DNA of 53,964 nucleotides, the filler included, from Catajapyx aquilonaris (taxonomy: Eukaryota), in NCBI GenBank assembly GCA_000934665.2. It is 3 parts of 3 records of this genome, joined end to end, with 100 filler letters (N's around TTAATTAATTAA, not from the genome) between each part and the next. Parts side by side here need not be neighbours in the genome. Positions count along the whole stretch, not along the records: positions 36,131 to 53,964 come from JYFJ02006844.1; 2 more parts are not named here. The stretch is one strand, 5' to 3'. The notes beneath the pieces are model-generated. The model was not told the DNA's origin. It saw nothing but the letters and a program-made list of their open reading frames with translations, and searched no databases. Each line of letters begins with the position of its first letter. The stretch's first letter is position 1. The translations under genes and the position numbers were made by a program. Shown here piece by piece: positions 50,251-53,964 of the stretch.

Positions 50251-53200
50251 TGACCAACAAGATATTTTTCATGTTGTCTCATCATAGCCAATGCTAACTA
50301 GATTCCCCCAGTTTTCCACTTCAATAATCATAGCAAGTTTTTATCGACCATCTTGCTGTACCGCACATATTATATTTTACATAACAATAGCAGACTGCAC
50401 GAACACAATAAGCCCACCAATACCGCCAACTTCATATACGCTCCAGTTTGGCCAAGGGCTCTACCAACAAAGAAAACGTGGCTGAGCACTAACTCATCAC
50501 CCCCTCCCTTCGATTGCACGGAGCATCCCAATTAGGGGAACATCATTTAGTGAGCCTTGCATAACCTCGACTCAATACGCAGCCCCCGTCGGCCCTAACT
50601 CTAATTGAGTAGACCTGCGTACAGCTTCATTTTATAGATTTATAGAGCCGGAGGGGGGATTTTGAAAAGCCGGTCGAGGAGGTCACGGGCATTCTCGTGG
50701 GATAGATGGGAGAAATGCAAGAAAAATGTCAACCTAATCAGTGACGTAGCAGCAAGTTTTTGGTCCCTCAGATACTTCGCCTGAGGGAATTTGGAAAAGT
50801 TTGGCTAACCTTGTCACCGATTGACTCAACCCCCTCCTAGCTTCCCAGGAGAAATTACGAGATTAAGGAATATTTACGCAAAACGTGCTCAAACTACAAA
50901 TTTGACAGTGACGCACTCAAACCAGCTCTTCCTCGCCAGACATTTTGATTGGAGAAGGGCTGCTCAGGCAAATGGCAACACCAATGTGCTATAATTACCA
51001 CGTCACTCACGCTACTCAAGTGTGGCAAAAATCCAGCCATTAGAAAGTTCCACAAAAGTAGATGTGCCTATAGTTCAACGTCCTCATACTCATCTTACCA
51101 TCTGAGAACTTATCAAAATCCATGTCGTAATACACTATGTATACAGGTAATTTGTCGGTAACACTTACGGTCATCCGTACGCCCAGTACATTGTTGTACT
51201 TTGTTGACAGAACTCATATTGTTCAGGTTGAAGGTGCTAAAAAGGGATGGGTCCATGCAACCTATTATTTCTGATAACCACTAAAAGTAACAGCTTAATA
51301 ACAAGTAATTGAGTGTGAAAAAATCGCAGTAGCAATCGGGCAAATATTTTGAATCACCCTGTATGCGAAACAGTAAGGAAGGGCTTGCCAAAATATGTAA
51401 CAGATTGAAATAACAGATGAAACACGCTTTCGGAGAACTTTGAAAAACGAGCCTCATATTTGATCCCCCTGCATTCAAAAAAACCGGAGACTACAAAGCA
51501 GCACACCTGATTAATCCACTCGCACTCAACATCATTATAGACTGCGTGACTCTAATTACGCGTCGTTCGTTAACGACAATGTTAAAATTTTCGATGCCCG
51601 TTTTTTTTCTCATGGCGCCCAAAAGATACGGTGTCAAAATTGCCCCCGCGTGTTAAAAGCCGCAATAAAAACCTATGGCCCTCCTAAGCTCTAATTCAAT
51701 CTTGCTAACCAAATGCAAACTGGTAATCAAACTGGGGAGGTGTACTCTACACTACGCCATGTTTACACCTATCCCCAATGCAATGTTGCGGGCCAAAATA
51801 ACCCCATGCTTCCCAATTACTATTCACTAGGTGATTACAAAGTGGACAAGGAGTACAGTACAGGCATGGCAGGGGGGACAGGGAGGTGGGAAGTAGTGTA
51901 GAGGGGACTGAAAAGAATTGAAGTACCGTCCCAATGAAATGCCGCGAGTGTTCATTAACGCTTATTGAAAACGGATCCCTCGTTCGAGGGCTGGGAAGGG
52001 GAGGGGGGAGGGGGTGGGGGAAGTCAATGTTAATGAGTTCCNGGGGGGGGTGGAGCAGGATGGGGGGAGGGGGGGTTGAATGTAGTAGGCCTATGTTATA
52101 GAAGAGCAATTCTTCGTGATGACCATACTTTCATGGAGGGAGAGTGTCGGGTCAAAAAATTAGGGCCACCAAATGCTCGGGGCGTTATGGGGAGGGAGAG
52201 GCTATGATAAAATTATGGCCAGATCATTAACTATTTTTTCCTCCACAATTTACGCCATTGTTCGGAAGTCAAAACCATCATAGTTCACACATGGTTCCGC
52301 GCCGAGTTGGAAAATAAAAATAATGACACATAGTATCCGACTGGCTCAATTAACCTAACAGCATGGAACGGGCACATTTTCAAGAATACAAAGGGACTTT
52401 TATTTATAAAGGTTCATTGAATTGATGCTCAATTCTCACGCGCCACTTGGTTACAGTATTAAAGCGTCAAACTCAAAATGGACAAAAAATGTACGATTTT
52501 GATATGCTCGCGTGTGAACCATGAGGGAGAGCCGTCCTGAAAAGTAAACACCAGCTGCAAACTTGATCAAATATGCTGTTCATGTCCTACCCATTCCCTT
52601 TCGGTAATCTCCCAACTAATTCGAGTTCACTCATTCAGAGTGCAGTATACATAGCAAGATGAGGAAGAACCTGATGAAAGTAAAAAAGGCAAGGTACAAG
52701 TCGACATTTCTCGTGCACTATCGGCACCCAAATACTTCCTACTTCATTTCGGTATCGAAGGGGTTTTTCGAGGGATGGATATAGGGAGAGGAGGAAGGAA
52801 GGATTACGTTTCCAATTAGGGGAAAGAGAATGAGATCGTCAGCCAGGCTGCACCTGATCCGGAATAGATGAAATGAGGGATTTAGGATGGTTGTACTGCT
52901 TGTGGGAGGCAAATGTTTCCAACTAACCATCCTGGATGCATCCCACATAGGAGGTAACGATTGTCATTGTGGTGCCAATTAAGAACAGCATCCATGTCAC
53001 GTGGATGTTCGTGCAAATGGATTCTAGTGACGCAGCTACCATTCAACTTTTCATACAATATGCTTAAAAATTAATCTTCATAACAAAAACAACCGATAAA
53101 ATTATGCCATAAATAGCCTCAAATAAGTTGCAAACAACACTGTAACATCCCTAACTAGCTAGAGAAAATTGGATTTCACGCTGCAAAGAGAATAAAATTA

Positions 53201-53601
53201 AATTCTTCCAGCTTCAGTAATTGGAACAGTCAACCTAGTTCACTGGCTGCTTTCACTCAAACTGCAGAAACCACTGTGCAACTGGCCATTCCTCTTAAGC
53301 CAAAATCAATCATGGGCAATTCCAGTTCCCAATTTTGGTCTCAGGGTTTCTCTCTGTGCCTGAATTAACTTCAAAGAATTTATTTCTCTTTAATAATATG
53401 TCAACTACCCTCACGATGATCCATTACATTATAGCCTACTATTTAATGATAGACTACTGCTGGTCTAGTTTGTACAATTCCAACCATTTAAACCATCATT
53501 CCAATTGACAATTAACACCACTAGGAATCTATATTCACTTGCAGATTGTAAGTACCCTTCTCCACATTGCTTCAGAAGCTGAAGGAGCTGTGGCTAATGT
53601 A

Positions 53602-53811
53602 CATAGGCACGCAAAAAGAATGTCCGGGGAGAGTCTTCGTTCAGCCTGGTGGAGGCAAACCATTGCACCTGGGTAGCTAAGGGAGGAGGGAAAAAGCTCA
53701 GCAGATAAGCACGGACGTACACACAAGTGTGTGTGTACACATCTGTGCAATGGTTTGCCTCCACCAGGCTGAACGAAGACTCTCACCGGACATTCTTTTT
53801 GCGTCCGATAG
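53602..53811. mobile_element. Tc1/mariner-like MITE (~210 bp)
   Basis: ~67-bp inverted arms (ACGCAAAAAGAATGTCCGG..GGAGGCAAACCATTGCAC at 53602-53668; complement at 53745-53811), flanked by TA at 53600-53601 and 53812-53813. Confidence 0.75.
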
Positions 53812-53964
53812 TACATGCTTGCTCTTTCCAAAGTATTCGTTACACATGCACATCACACACGCTTAAAAACTCTAATCACCAATGGCTGGCGAGCTTTTTA
53901 ATACCCATGCATCCGTTTTTCCCTACATCATTGTACACCAAGAAATGATTGTACACTACCCCCC

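Noticed and set aside
51988..52078. G-quadruplex-like G-runs (also 17568-17601)
   Set aside because: Low-complexity G tracts, one containing an N, with no contextual evidence of function.
1..53964. Prokaryotic systems (CRISPR arrays, operons, defence islands) and a linked timeout-FANCA-cdc25 supercluster
   Set aside because: The sequence is intron-containing eukaryotic DNA with no repeat-spacer array, and timeout is on a different contig across an artificial spacer.

Overview
Eukaryotic (invertebrate, probably arthropod-type) genomic DNA. It is not one continuous locus: three contigs are joined by identical artificial 100-nt spacers (N44-TTAATTAATTAA-N44 at 17846-17945 and 36031-36130). Contig 1 (1-17845) has no recognisable gene, only SINEs, foldback elements and microsatellites. 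Contig 2 (17946-36030) holds a very compact cluster with alternating orientation and mostly ~45-95-nt introns: 5' part of cdc25/string (-), SLBP (+, 5 exons, Helitron in intron 2, candidate C/D snoRNA in intron 4), a C10orf88/PAAT homologue (-, 4 exons), FANCA (+, 16 exons, 1247 aa) and the 3' part of NOP14 (-, one frameshift, no visible 5' part). A nested transposon stack in a dead RTE LINE follows. Contig 3 (36131-53964) carries six widely spaced exons of timeout/TIMELESS (TIM2 type, -) with repeat-rich introns. Gene models were spliced and frame-checked by hand. Family assignments rest on recalled homologue sequences, not database searches. I see no clearly novel biological system. The best leads are the snoRNA candidate tied to alternative SLBP acceptors, the bidirectional-promoter cell-cycle/repair cluster, an invertebrate FANCA, and SINE families sharing one 3' tail.
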